Virus record (IMG/VR): IMGVR_UViG_3300025305_000009
DNA length: 20,000 bases
Direction: 5' to 3' (one strand)
From: an uncultured virus (IMG/VR IMGVR_UViG_3300025305_000009)
Taxonomy: Duplodnaviria > Heunggongvirae > Uroviricota > Caudoviricetes
Both the position numbers and the translations under genes were made by a program. A model generated the notes under the pieces. That model worked only from the letters and a program-made list of their open reading frames with translations. It was not told the origin of the DNA and searched no databases. Position 1 is the first letter of the stretch; each line of letters opens with the position of its first letter. This document shows, in pieces, positions 1-8,526 of the stretch.

Positions 1-383
1 AGAATGTCTTGATATTGTTCAATAAGGTTTGCTTCAATATCAGTAACTCGCTCATTAATTGCAGCCTCAAAGATTGTAACTGCTTTATTTTGAAAATCTT
101 CCGAAAGATCTTCACCATCAAAAAGAGCAGAAAGATGTTCTTCCATTCGTTCTTGTGATGTACCACTAGGAACTGGACGTTCGAAAGAACTCGGTCCACG
201 CGCCTTACCGGCAATAGAAGCCTTATTTTTTTTATCCTTACCTTCTGTGCCCTTATCGGTATCAATTTTAGCATGCTTTCCTTCAGCATCTTGATACAAC
301 TTAGGATCCTCCTCAGATTTTGTGTCTAGAGTTGGAGTCTCTGACCCTGCTTCTACTAGTTCATGTTCGTAATATTCAGGCAT
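1..383 (-). CDS. gp22: T4-like prohead core scaffold protein gp22 (5' part; runs off window start)
   Basis: Not in the ORF track; translated by hand from ATG at 383: MPEYYEHELVEAGSETPTLD...HLSALFDGEDLSEDFQNKAVTIFEAAINERV..., open to base 1. The LSEDF-x-KA-xx-IFEAA motif is typical of gp22. SD AAGGAG lies at about 392-397 and the gene directly follows gp21. Confidence 0.9.
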   Translation of the reverse strand, partial: MPEYYEHELVEAGSETPTLDTKSEEDPKLYQDAEGKHAKIDTDKGTEGKDKKNKASIAGKARGPSSFERPVPSGTSQERMEEHLSALFDGEDLSEDFQNKAVTIFEAAINERVTDIEANLIEQYQDI

Positions 384-429
384 TATTTTAACTCCTTTGA
401 TCAGTTTTTATAAGGCTCTCTATCTGCAT

Positions 430-437
430 TATTTATA
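430..437 (-). promoter_or_regulatory. T4-type late promoter TATAAATA upstream of gp22 (and presumably gp23)
   Basis: Exact TATAAATA on the minus strand in the gp21-gp22 intergenic gap. Confidence 0.8.
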
Positions 438-441
438 CATT

Positions 442-1086
442 TTAAATTTTTGAAAGAAAATCTTTCCACAAAAACAATGATTTCTCTTCTAATTCTTTAA
501 TAGACGCTTTCTGTATTATATCTCGATACCCGTCTATCACTTTCTCTTTAATTGTACCATTATCCCATACCCACTCTTTACCTTCCATAATACCATTTAC
601 AAAAGCACCCGGTGCTGATGGGTCAGCAACAATATCCACCGCCGAAAGCATGAAATCATCTTTAACATAATTTACGCCGCCTTTTTCTTCTAAAGAACCC
701 ATGCCGCGAGAAGAAACACCAAGTTGCGCACCTTCTGTAACTAAATTCTTTGCAATATTACCCATGGGAGTATCAAGAAGTTTAGCCTTACCGATAATAT
801 CATTACCCTCAACTTTAAGATCTTTAATCATATGAGACACACGATCAAGATTTACAGTTGGACCTTGTGGGTGGTTTAATTCACCCATTGCACGGTTCTT
901 TGTAACAAAATTTTTATTATATCTACCGATTTCGTTTTCTAAGATACCAAGAGGATAAATGCGACCATTACGATTTTTCTGCTCTGCTTGCATAAATACG
1001 CCATGAATGAAATAATTCTTTTTACCCTCAGAATCTTCTTCTATCAAGTAATGGACACTTTCTGTCATTTCTGTGATAAGTTTCAT
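442..1086 (-). CDS. gp21: Prohead core protease gp21
   Basis: MKLITE start, NRNGRIYP, catalytic GELNHP and GVSSRGMGS motifs, DIVADPSAPGAFVNGIMEGKEW. Confidence 0.97.
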   Translation of the reverse strand: MKLITEMTESVHYLIEEDSEGKKNYFIHGVFMQAEQKNRNGRIYPLGILENEIGRYNKNFVTKNRAMGELNHPQGPTVNLDRVSHMIKDLKVEGNDIIGKAKLLDTPMGNIAKNLVTEGAQLGVSSRGMGSLEEKGGVNYVKDDFMLSAVDIVADPSAPGAFVNGIMEGKEWVWDNGTIKEKVIDGYRDIIQKASIKELEEKSLFLWKDFLSKI

Positions 1087-1410
1087 TTATTTTTCTTCCT
1101 TTTGTCCTTTTCTTTTGCGAATTGCGAAACCCACAACGTTACGACGATTCTTTAAATAATCATCAGATTCATCAGAATCATCATCATTATCAATGTCTCC
1201 GTCCTCAGAACCAACAGCGTCTAATTTTGTCTTCTTTTTTTCAACTAACCCGAACATTCCAACTGCTTCTTTATATGTCTCAGGAGCAACTTCTTTGGTA
1301 ACAAGATCTAATACATCATGGAGTTTACTATAAAGCAGTGCTTCGGTTTCTGTTTTTGCAACAGACAAATTACCATCAACCAAATGTTGTATGATGTTAT
1401 TAGTCGGCAT
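1087..1410 (-). CDS. Small prohead core-type protein (gp67/gp68 position), 107 aa
   Basis: Likely start is MPTNN at 1410 (GGAG at 1417-1420), not the ORF-track start at 1467. Helical N-terminus, acidic LDAVGSEDGDIDNDDDSD..YLKNRR motif and basic tail. Lies between portal and gp21. Confidence 0.7.
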   Translation of the reverse strand: MPTNNIIQHLVDGNLSVAKTETEALLYSKLHDVLDLVTKEVAPETYKEAVGMFGLVEKKKTKLDAVGSEDGDIDNDDDSDESDDYLKNRRNVVGFAIRKRKGQKEEK

Positions 1411-1648
1411 CTTCATCTCCTTCATTAATTTGAACGTAGCAAAAAGAGAGAATTTTATCAAAACCATCTTCTGATTCTTCTAAAATGTTTCTCATCTTTA
1501 CTTGATTTTCTTGATTCATGGTGTCATGAATTGCAACCAGATTATATGCATCTTCTGGTTCAATATGTATAACTGAACCATCTTTGGCTTCAAATAATAA
1601 TGTTTGTTCGAATGTAATGACTTCTTGTAGTGATGAAATAATATTCAT
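1400..1648 (-). CDS. Small hypothetical head-assembly-region protein, 82 aa
   Basis: ATG at 1648 with SD AAGGA at about 1657-1661. Overlaps the next start and fills the gap exactly. The KDGS..I....A..L...HDT.N.ENQ.K pattern resembles small ORFs at this position in marine T4-like phages (recollection, not searched). Confidence 0.7.
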   Translation of the reverse strand: MNIISSLQEVITFEQTLLFEAKDGSVIHIEPEDAYNLVAIHDTMNQENQVKMRNILEESEDGFDKILSFCYVQINEGDEDAD

Positions 1649-1660
1649 TATAAGTGTCCT

Positions 1661-2050
1661 TTATTTAACTTTTGCCTTCATGTCCTTTGCTAAGAAATGT
1701 AACAATTGTTCCATGTCTAAATCAACGTTAGAAGTTGTTACTATTTTTCCTTTTATGTTGAAGTTTTTTTTACCAACTCCTGCTTGAGATGCTGATTTTA
1801 TGAATTTTTTTGCATCAGAAGAATTAATAAATATATAAGTTGTAGATTTTTCATTAACCTCATCAATTGACTGATCCTCATCCTCATCAGTTAATTGATC
1901 ATCATTTAGGAGGTTTTGTGAAATTTCAACATTTTGGTCTATAATATTTGTGTTGATCCTATCTTGAATTTCTGAATTAAATGCAACAGAAAAATCTTCT
2001 TTGTTGCTATGTAAAATACAATCAATCATATCATTGATGTTTTGATTCAT
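1661..2050 (-). CDS. gp67-like prohead core protein, 129 aa
   Basis: ATGA overlap with the portal stop. Acidic helical N-terminus (INDMIDCILHSNKEDFSVAFNSEIQDRI) and gp67 position. Confidence 0.65.
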   Translation of the reverse strand: MNQNINDMIDCILHSNKEDFSVAFNSEIQDRINTNIIDQNVEISQNLLNDDQLTDEDEDQSIDEVNEKSTTYIFINSSDAKKFIKSASQAGVGKKNFNIKGKIVTTSNVDLDMEQLLHFLAKDMKAKVK

Positions 2051-3579
2051 TCAAGTTCTCCTTCTTCCGTTTGTTCGTCTTCGGCTGGTTGTTCTGCCGC
2101 TGCTTCCTTTTGTATTTGTATATCCATTATATTTATATCTTCTTCTGATTGACGGAGTATATTTTTTCTTATCCACTCACTAGAATAGTATTTACCGACA
2201 TATTCATCCATTTGAGTCAATATATCTAGTCTTTCTTTAATAATTTCTGTTTCTTTCAACTCAGTGAAATATGAATCCTGATTAAATTTATATCGGATAG
2301 ATGGAGAAATTAGATTCCAATCACTTTCTGACATTATTCCCTTAAGAACAAGTTGCGTTCTTAACAATTGCGAAAATATTTCACAGAATCTCATGCGAAG
2401 TTTTTCAATAAATTTAAAGAATTTAACTTCATCTCTAGTAATCTCAGCAGACCTGCCCATATTAAAACCAGTTTCTGGTTCCATTCGTGATACCGGAACG
2501 TTGAGAGAACGATAGAGTTTCTTGAGAAGATAATTAACATCATCCATTTCACCAAGATTTTGACCACCATCTAATGTAGTAATTTCTGTTCCTCTGCCTC
2601 CTTCTCTACGAGGCATCCAGAAGTCTTCTAGCATGTGTAGATGATTTCTATCATCTTTTACTTCACCCGTTGTTGAATCATAAGTGAGTTTGTTTCTATA
2701 GCGGTTCATAATATCACGAAGATATTGCTCTGCTTTGTTCTTTGGAAGATTACCAACATCAATATAAAATATTCTTCGTTCTGGTGCGCGAGATATACGA
2801 TAAATCACCACTGCATCTTCTATTTGACGAAGCATGTTTAATGGCCGAACTGCTTTTTGGATATATCCAACCACTCTATTTTCTCTAGAATCAATTACTC
2901 CAGAATGAATGTAACAGATGGAATCTTTTGCAATTTTGATTCCTTGTGTTGGTGTTGGGAGTGTAGCATTTCTATCTGTGTTGGTATAAATGTAAAACTC
3001 ATCTATACTTTTAACAAAAGGAATAGTAGTATTGCCAATTCTTCGTTGTTCTTTGTTTACTTTCTTTATTTTCTTTATTTTAGTTGGATTTATTGCACGA
3101 AGTTCTTTGATGCCCTTTTCTGGATGTTCAACATCCAGAATAATGTGGTAATATACTTTGCTGTCTATGTACCATCTTCTAAAAATATCATGACCTTTAT
3201 TGTGAAATTCTAGCAATCTTAAAATACCGTCATATTCTTTATAGATTTTGTTTTTGATAACAGGTGACACTTCCACTTTAGCAAGGTCAAGTTTTATTGG
3301 TTTTCGGTCATCATTCATTATGATAGATTCATTAACAATATCTTCAATTGCCTGATCTACCTCTGGAAACATTGCTGCATTTCTGAACTGTGCAATAAGT
3401 TGATTTTCATTCTTAACTGCACCACTAAAATCAACTAGTGTTCCAAAAACACCACCTGTTTCTAATGTATATGTACCATCATAATTATCAGGAACCACGA
3501 AAGATTCTTGTTTTTTGGAATCTTTTGGCTCAACGGGTCGTTTTTTACCAATAGTAAATCCAAAAATATCAATAGGCAT
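2047..3579 (-). CDS. gp20: Portal vertex protein gp20
   Basis: FRRWYID, IYRISRAPERRIFYIDVGNLPKNKAEQYL, MLEDFWMPRREGGRGTEITTL and EITRDEVKF motifs. Confidence 0.98.
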   Translation of the reverse strand: MPIDIFGFTIGKKRPVEPKDSKKQESFVVPDNYDGTYTLETGGVFGTLVDFSGAVKNENQLIAQFRNAAMFPEVDQAIEDIVNESIIMNDDRKPIKLDLAKVEVSPVIKNKIYKEYDGILRLLEFHNKGHDIFRRWYIDSKVYYHIILDVEHPEKGIKELRAINPTKIKKIKKVNKEQRRIGNTTIPFVKSIDEFYIYTNTDRNATLPTPTQGIKIAKDSICYIHSGVIDSRENRVVGYIQKAVRPLNMLRQIEDAVVIYRISRAPERRIFYIDVGNLPKNKAEQYLRDIMNRYRNKLTYDSTTGEVKDDRNHLHMLEDFWMPRREGGRGTEITTLDGGQNLGEMDDVNYLLKKLYRSLNVPVSRMEPETGFNMGRSAEITRDEVKFFKFIEKLRMRFCEIFSQLLRTQLVLKGIMSESDWNLISPSIRYKFNQDSYFTELKETEIIKERLDILTQMDEYVGKYYSSEWIRKNILRQSEEDINIMDIQIQKEAAAEQPAEDEQTEEGELE

Positions 3580-3611
3580 AATAAAACCCTCTCATTGAAT
3601 GTTTATCACTA

Positions 3612-3619
3612 TATGTATA
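3612..3619 (-). promoter_or_regulatory. Variant late promoter TATACATA upstream of gp20 (second candidate GATAAATA at 3644-3651)
   Basis: One mismatch to TATAAATA, intergenic and correctly oriented. The same variant recurs before gp13. Confidence 0.55.
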
Positions 3620-3665
3620 AGAATTCAAATCAAAGGTTTTGATTATTTATCTGCTGTCGGAATCT

Positions 3666-4253
3666 CTAATTATTACCTCCGCCCGTGCCTTCTTCTAAGA
3701 CCAACCAATCATAGGCTAAGGTTACTGCATATTCGTTGAGAGCATCAGCAGTATCAAAACTCAAATCAATTGCACCAATTTCCGTTGGCCAACAATTTAC
3801 AAGTCTAATAGTTCTATCTGCAATTTCAAATCCCTGTGTGTCCAATTGTGTAACTGTCCACTCTTTAAACCATTTTTCATGTAAACCACTAAGCGTTTCG
3901 GCCTCCAATGCCGTATTTTCCTTGTGTTGATTTAAACCTGCATGCCACTCTTCAAACAATCGCCTCCAATTCTTACTGTTGCTAGACTCTCCATTAGTAT
4001 TAGTATCTAATGCTGTAAAAGTCCATTCTGGATAAATGCGATCACCAGGAAGTTTTGCTACTCTACCCCGAAAAGGAACTTGAATAGTTCCCAATGTTTG
4101 AGCGGGCATTGATGCGGCTTTTACCAAAAGATTTGGCATATTTTCTCCACTATCTCCGCCAATTTCTCCGTTAACAACGAATCGGTTTGGGCGAGTACCT
4201 CCATCAAAACCCTTTTTAAAGGTCTGAATATCTTGTGCGTATTGTGTGGCCAT
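3666..4253 (-). CDS. gp19: Tail tube protein gp19
   Basis: GGTRPNRF, VPFRGRVAKLPGDRIYPEWT and CWPTEIGAIDLSFD..EY.VTL.YD motifs. SD AAGGAG upstream. Confidence 0.95.
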   Translation of the reverse strand: MATQYAQDIQTFKKGFDGGTRPNRFVVNGEIGGDSGENMPNLLVKAASMPAQTLGTIQVPFRGRVAKLPGDRIYPEWTFTALDTNTNGESSNSKNWRRLFEEWHAGLNQHKENTALEAETLSGLHEKWFKEWTVTQLDTQGFEIADRTIRLVNCWPTEIGAIDLSFDTADALNEYAVTLAYDWLVLEEGTGGGNN

Positions 4254-4300
4254 TTCTATTTACTCCTTCTATTGATTATGTGTGATTCTTATTGTGTTAA

Positions 4301-5548
4301 TCACCCCAAATCATCATCTGTGTTTTTATTTGTGAACGTTATTCGGATAAAGTTGATAGACTTCGTTGGTTTAATGAAAATGTCTGCATTAAATTGGTTC
4401 GCATCAACTAATGCACCTGGGTTATTAGATTCATCACAAACAACTCGGAAGTCATAAATTCCTCTTCCTGCCTGAATGTTTCTCAGGAAAGGAGTAACTG
4501 CATTTACAAACGATGCTCTGGTTTCTGCGTCATTCATTTCAAACAACTTACTTCGTGCTGCCGCACCTATTGTCTTCTTGAGATGAATAAAGAGTCGGGA
4601 AACGTTGATCCGACTGAGAGTACTTGATGAATCTTTACCAGTTTTATCACCAAACAGAACAGTTCCTTCTCCGGGGAAAGTAACAACAGGGTTGACTTTA
4701 GCATCATATAATGTATCTTGCTGGGCATCTGTTGGACTATGAATAAGACTCACAACGTCAAGAATTTGACCTCTTCTGAATCCGGCAGGGGACCACCAAG
4801 GATCTAGATCTCTATCCGTTCTTGCAATACATCCTGCGACATCTGCTGCACAAGAAGTAACAATGAAGTCATTGGAAGTACCTCGTACAATATCTAAATG
4901 ACGTTTTGAACCGAAAACAGTAACATTGAATTCGTCCGCAGTACCTTCATTTGATTGGGTTGCAATAATAGCCTCTTCACCATTACCTCTGTCGGGAAGA
5001 ACAGAAACACAATCTCCTCTGAAAGAAGCAATTGTTCCAACACTCGCTTGAATAGCACCGCTACTATCACCGGTTGCAGCAAACACCAAATCAAGTGGAA
5101 TTGATTTATCTTTAAGAGTTGAATACCCATCACTTGTATGTTGTTCTGAACCCGTACCACCAACAATTAACACGCCACCATATTGGAGATAATTGTGTGC
5201 TGCCCACCATTCAGTTTTCCATCCACCAGTTGGCCCAAGTCGGTATCTAGAACCGGTGCCACCTTTAGTTGCTGAACTATGGTTACTGGTAAACCCACTA
5301 AATGTCTCATCCCAATATAATAAATCATGGGTATTACCACCAATAGGATCTTTTGCAGTTAATCGGTGCATCCAATCTGAAATACTTTCAATTTGCATGA
5401 CACCAGATTTTCGTTCCGCAGTAAATCCTACTGCTAAAATCAAACCACCAGTAGTAGGCATACCACCTCTTACCCTAGAACCGGATTCAGTATTGGGGAT
5501 GACATAACTTTGATCATCTATAACAACTTTGACGTTTGCTCTTGCCAT
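4301..5548 (-). CDS. gp18: Contractile tail sheath protein gp18 (short, 415 aa)
   Basis: PWWSPAGFRRG, LYDAKVNPVVTFPGEGTVLFGDKT, RINVSRLFI, LFEMND, DFRVVCDESNN and IFIKPTKSINFI. Lies between gp17 and gp19 with SD GAGGAG. Confidence 0.95.
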   Translation of the reverse strand: MARANVKVVIDDQSYVIPNTESGSRVRGGMPTTGGLILAVGFTAERKSGVMQIESISDWMHRLTAKDPIGGNTHDLLYWDETFSGFTSNHSSATKGGTGSRYRLGPTGGWKTEWWAAHNYLQYGGVLIVGGTGSEQHTSDGYSTLKDKSIPLDLVFAATGDSSGAIQASVGTIASFRGDCVSVLPDRGNGEEAIIATQSNEGTADEFNVTVFGSKRHLDIVRGTSNDFIVTSCAADVAGCIARTDRDLDPWWSPAGFRRGQILDVVSLIHSPTDAQQDTLYDAKVNPVVTFPGEGTVLFGDKTGKDSSSTLSRINVSRLFIHLKKTIGAAARSKLFEMNDAETRASFVNAVTPFLRNIQAGRGIYDFRVVCDESNNPGALVDANQFNADIFIKPTKSINFIRITFTNKNTDDDLG

Positions 5549-5613
5549 CTTTTATATCTCCTCTGAGTATTATAGTATATTTTAATGCATATAAGCAGAA
5601 TACTGTTCAGAGA

Positions 5614-5621
5614 TATTTATA
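5614..5621 (-). promoter_or_regulatory. T4-type late promoter TATAAATA upstream of gp18/gp19
   Basis: Exact consensus in the gp17-gp18 intergenic region. Confidence 0.8.
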
Positions 5622-5644
5622 GTTTTTGCTATTTTGAGAAACAA

Positions 5645-7288
5645 TTAAAAAGCAAACCATCGATCTTCACCATCCCACTCTCCATCTTCCTCATCTGTTC
5701 CATCTACAACAAAACCAAACGGAATCATACTTTCTTCCATTTTTTCAATTTCTTCTTTATATATTCCTGTTCGCACATCAGTTTCGGTGATTGACTTGAA
5801 ATATTCCTGCCTTGTCAACCACGCAAAAAGAACTAAACACATTACCAAGTCATCTGTGTGACCATCATCTGCTTCAAAAGAATTACGTTTTGCAACAAAA
5901 CTCACAAGTTCATTCACAATATCAACATCCTCTATGAGTATCTTATTTTCTTCAATAAGACTTTTTAACACAGAACACCCAAGTTTCTTGACTGGTCCCG
6001 TGGTCCGAACACCCAACTGAGATTGGGATTTGCCCGTAGCACCGAAACCACCACTCACAACTTGACCTGCTCTACCTTTATATACCGTCATCATGACATT
6101 TTCATATTCTAAGTCTTGATGTAGAATATCTGCAACTTGTCCACCGATGTCATTAATTTCAACCAAGATGTATGCATTATTGTAATTTTTAGCAACAGTT
6201 GATATAACAGTAGGATATACCATAGGAGATACTGTGTTGTTCCTATACTTTGCAACAATCTTATATGGTAACTCTGTGGTATCTACAACTAGAAATGCAC
6301 TATAGTCTTTTCCTTGTCCTCGCGCAGTATCGACAGTTATGTAATAATGTCTATCTTCTTTAGGTTTTTCGTATATCCACAATCCGTCTGCATTTTTTTC
6401 TTTTGGTTCAATCCAATTCAAAATTTTAAGTTTAGAAGAAGTAATTAAAGTATTTTGGCTACCAAGGAATGAACATTCCATTTCTTGATCAAATTGCTGT
6501 TGAGAAGTATTTTTAATGATTTCTTCTTTCCATTTTTCATTTCTACCGGGAACTTGACTCCAATGAACTTCAAACGGAACATAATCATTCTTCCCTGCTT
6601 CTCCAAGTTTCTTGGTTGCTCCCTGCCAATAATAATAAAACATGTTTAACCCATTTGGTGTTGAAATCATAATCACTTTAGTATCGCTACCTGATGTGAT
6701 GGTAGGATATACAGAATTGAAGAATTCATCAGCAATGGTACTAGAAACATGGGCAAATTCATCAAGTAAAATTACATTGTATGACCCACCACGAATTGCG
6801 GATGCTGAAGTAGAAGATGCAAGAATCTTAGAACCATTTTCTAATTCAATGCTTCCTTTGTTCCATGCAATAATACCTTGTTGAAGCCAAAGGGGAAGGT
6901 ATTCATATGCAAGTTGAAGTCTACCTAAAATATCTCTTGACACAGCCTGTTTGTTTGCAAGAACAGCAATACTCATACTCTGATTGAATAAAACGTAGTG
7001 AAGAAGATAAGAAATCATGGTCGTTGATTTCCCGGTCTGCCGTGGCAACTTACCAATAAAGAAACGATTATTATGAATGATATTCACCATTTCTTCTTGA
7101 AAATCATATAAATCAAACGGTATAAGTCCTTCATCCAAAGAAACAATCTTCACATAATTTCGTATAAAATAAACAGGATCTTGAGAACATTTAATGTATT
7201 CTTTAACCTGTTCTTTTGTATATTCTACTTCAACCCCAGTTGGCTTGAGGTTGGGGTTTCCCATATACCCTTCTTGTTTAATCGTCAT
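5645..7288 (-). CDS. gp17: Terminase large subunit gp17
   Basis: YMGNPNLK start, Walker A PRQTGKST, Walker B ILLDEFA, ISTPNG, nuclease motifs VDTARG..DYSAF and HTDDLVM. Uninterrupted. Confidence 0.98.
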   Translation of the reverse strand: MTIKQEGYMGNPNLKPTGVEVEYTKEQVKEYIKCSQDPVYFIRNYVKIVSLDEGLIPFDLYDFQEEMVNIIHNNRFFIGKLPRQTGKSTTMISYLLHYVLFNQSMSIAVLANKQAVSRDILGRLQLAYEYLPLWLQQGIIAWNKGSIELENGSKILASSTSASAIRGGSYNVILLDEFAHVSSTIADEFFNSVYPTITSGSDTKVIMISTPNGLNMFYYYWQGATKKLGEAGKNDYVPFEVHWSQVPGRNEKWKEEIIKNTSQQQFDQEMECSFLGSQNTLITSSKLKILNWIEPKEKNADGLWIYEKPKEDRHYYITVDTARGQGKDYSAFLVVDTTELPYKIVAKYRNNTVSPMVYPTVISTVAKNYNNAYILVEINDIGGQVADILHQDLEYENVMMTVYKGRAGQVVSGGFGATGKSQSQLGVRTTGPVKKLGCSVLKSLIEENKILIEDVDIVNELVSFVAKRNSFEADDGHTDDLVMCLVLFAWLTRQEYFKSITETDVRTGIYKEEIEKMEESMIPFGFVVDGTDEEDGEWDGEDRWFAF

Positions 7289-7766
7289 TGTCTATTACCT
7301 CACCATCAATCACTACATCATGAACACCCTCTAATTTTTTCTTATTGGTGCTGCGTTCTGTATTGATAAGGTTTTGCAATTCCTTAGTAGAGCCAATATA
7401 AAGAGAATTATTAGTAGTGTTATGAATGTTGACTTCTTCTTTGTTGATTACCTTCATTTTTTGATGTAAATCAATAAGATCTTTGTTTGCTTCGGAAACC
7501 GTCTTAATCATTTGAGCAGCGACTTCATATGCACGGGGGGAATCCCCTTCAGTCGCAACTTTAAGAATACCTTCAATTGCATCTTCGCCTGTAGAAATAA
7601 GTTCTTTCATGTTTTCTCGGACCAACCAATAGTCTTTTTTACTATCGCTGGCATCCACTTCAACCCGAATGACTTTTCTTTTGACTTCTATTTCCTTTAC
7701 TTTTTTTTCAAATTCAACGTCTAATGCTTCTGATAATTTTTCATTAACACTTTTTTTGTTACTCAT
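7278..7766 (-). CDS. gp16: Terminase small subunit gp16
   Basis: DY..VRENM..LI..G..AIEGILKVA.EGDSPRAYEVAAQMIK..L.DLH motif and C-terminal NNSLYIGSTKELQ. Probable start is MSNKK at 7766, overlapping the gp15 stop, rather than 7823. Confidence 0.92.
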   Translation of the reverse strand: MSNKKSVNEKLSEALDVEFEKKVKEIEVKRKVIRVEVDASDSKKDYWLVRENMKELISTGEDAIEGILKVATEGDSPRAYEVAAQMIKTVSEANKDLIDLHQKMKVINKEEVNIHNTTNNSLYIGSTKELQNLINTERSTNKKKLEGVHDVVIDGEVIDNDD

Positions 7767-8526
7767 AATAATACTCACCATAAATTTGACCACTTGCGGT
7801 ATATCCATCACCAGTGAATCCACCTGTTATACCAATACGAAGATCCTGTGCATCACCTACCAATCCATCAAACGCAGTATCAAATCCATGAATATCAATT
7901 TCAGATTGAAGAATTATACGATTAGTTTTCTCTGGTCCATACACATATGTCTTTGCAGTAAACTCAAAAGTAGTTGTGATGTTTCTTCTTGTATCAAAAG
8001 TGCCTTCATATTCTTCAATCATATTAACCGAATTTAACACAATAGGAACATCTACTTTTGTATTTACATCGTTTATTTTGAATGTGACTATAAATTCAGG
8101 ACTAAAATAAGGAAGGATTTGTTCAACAATCTGAAGATTATCATCTTGATTTCTAGTAAATGAATATAAACCGAAGGAAATATTATAAGGAACTTCGGCA
8201 TAGTTCCATTTTTCTACCAACCCATCAGTAGAAGACGCATTTGTTGTTCTAAGTTTATTTGATCTTCTAATAGGATCATATACAAATCCTGTAATATCAA
8301 AACCCAATCTCGGAAGAGTTATTTGCGTATGGGTATTATCTGAAATACTACTATCTTCGGAAATCCTGCGAATGAACTTTTCTTTTGGACCATAAGACAA
8401 AGGTACTCGGATGGTTTCCTTGGTCGTACCATCTGAATTTTTACGAACAATTCTGATATCATTAAAAATAGAACCAAATCCAATTACAGTTTTTCTAATA
8501 GATTCGTTGTAAAATTGTGTAAACAT
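7759..8526 (-). CDS. gp15: Tail sheath stabiliser/terminator gp15
   Basis: FYNESIRKTVIGFGSIFNDI, VPLSYGPKEKF, TLPRLGF, QIVEQILPYFSP and FTAKTYVYGP. Confidence 0.95.
   Translation of the reverse strand: MFTQFYNESIRKTVIGFGSIFNDIRIVRKNSDGTTKETIRVPLSYGPKEKFIRRISEDSSISDNTHTQITLPRLGFDITGFVYDPIRRSNKLRTTNASSTDGLVEKWNYAEVPYNISFGLYSFTRNQDDNLQIVEQILPYFSPEFIVTFKINDVNTKVDVPIVLNSVNMIEEYEGTFDTRRNITTTFEFTAKTYVYGPEKTNRIILQSEIDIHGFDTAFDGLVGDAQDLRIGITGGFTGDGYTASGQIYGEYYYE

Noticed and set aside
1411..1467. ORF-track start at 1467 (likewise 7823 for gp16)
   Set aside because: These extensions overlap upstream genes extensively. The downstream ATGs at 1410 and 7766 give normal coupling.
5645..7288. Intein, intron or homing endonuclease in gp17 (also checked gp20 and gp18)
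   Set aside because: Lengths and motif spacing show no insertion, and no LAGLIDADG/HNH/GIY-YIG ORF or splice motif was seen.
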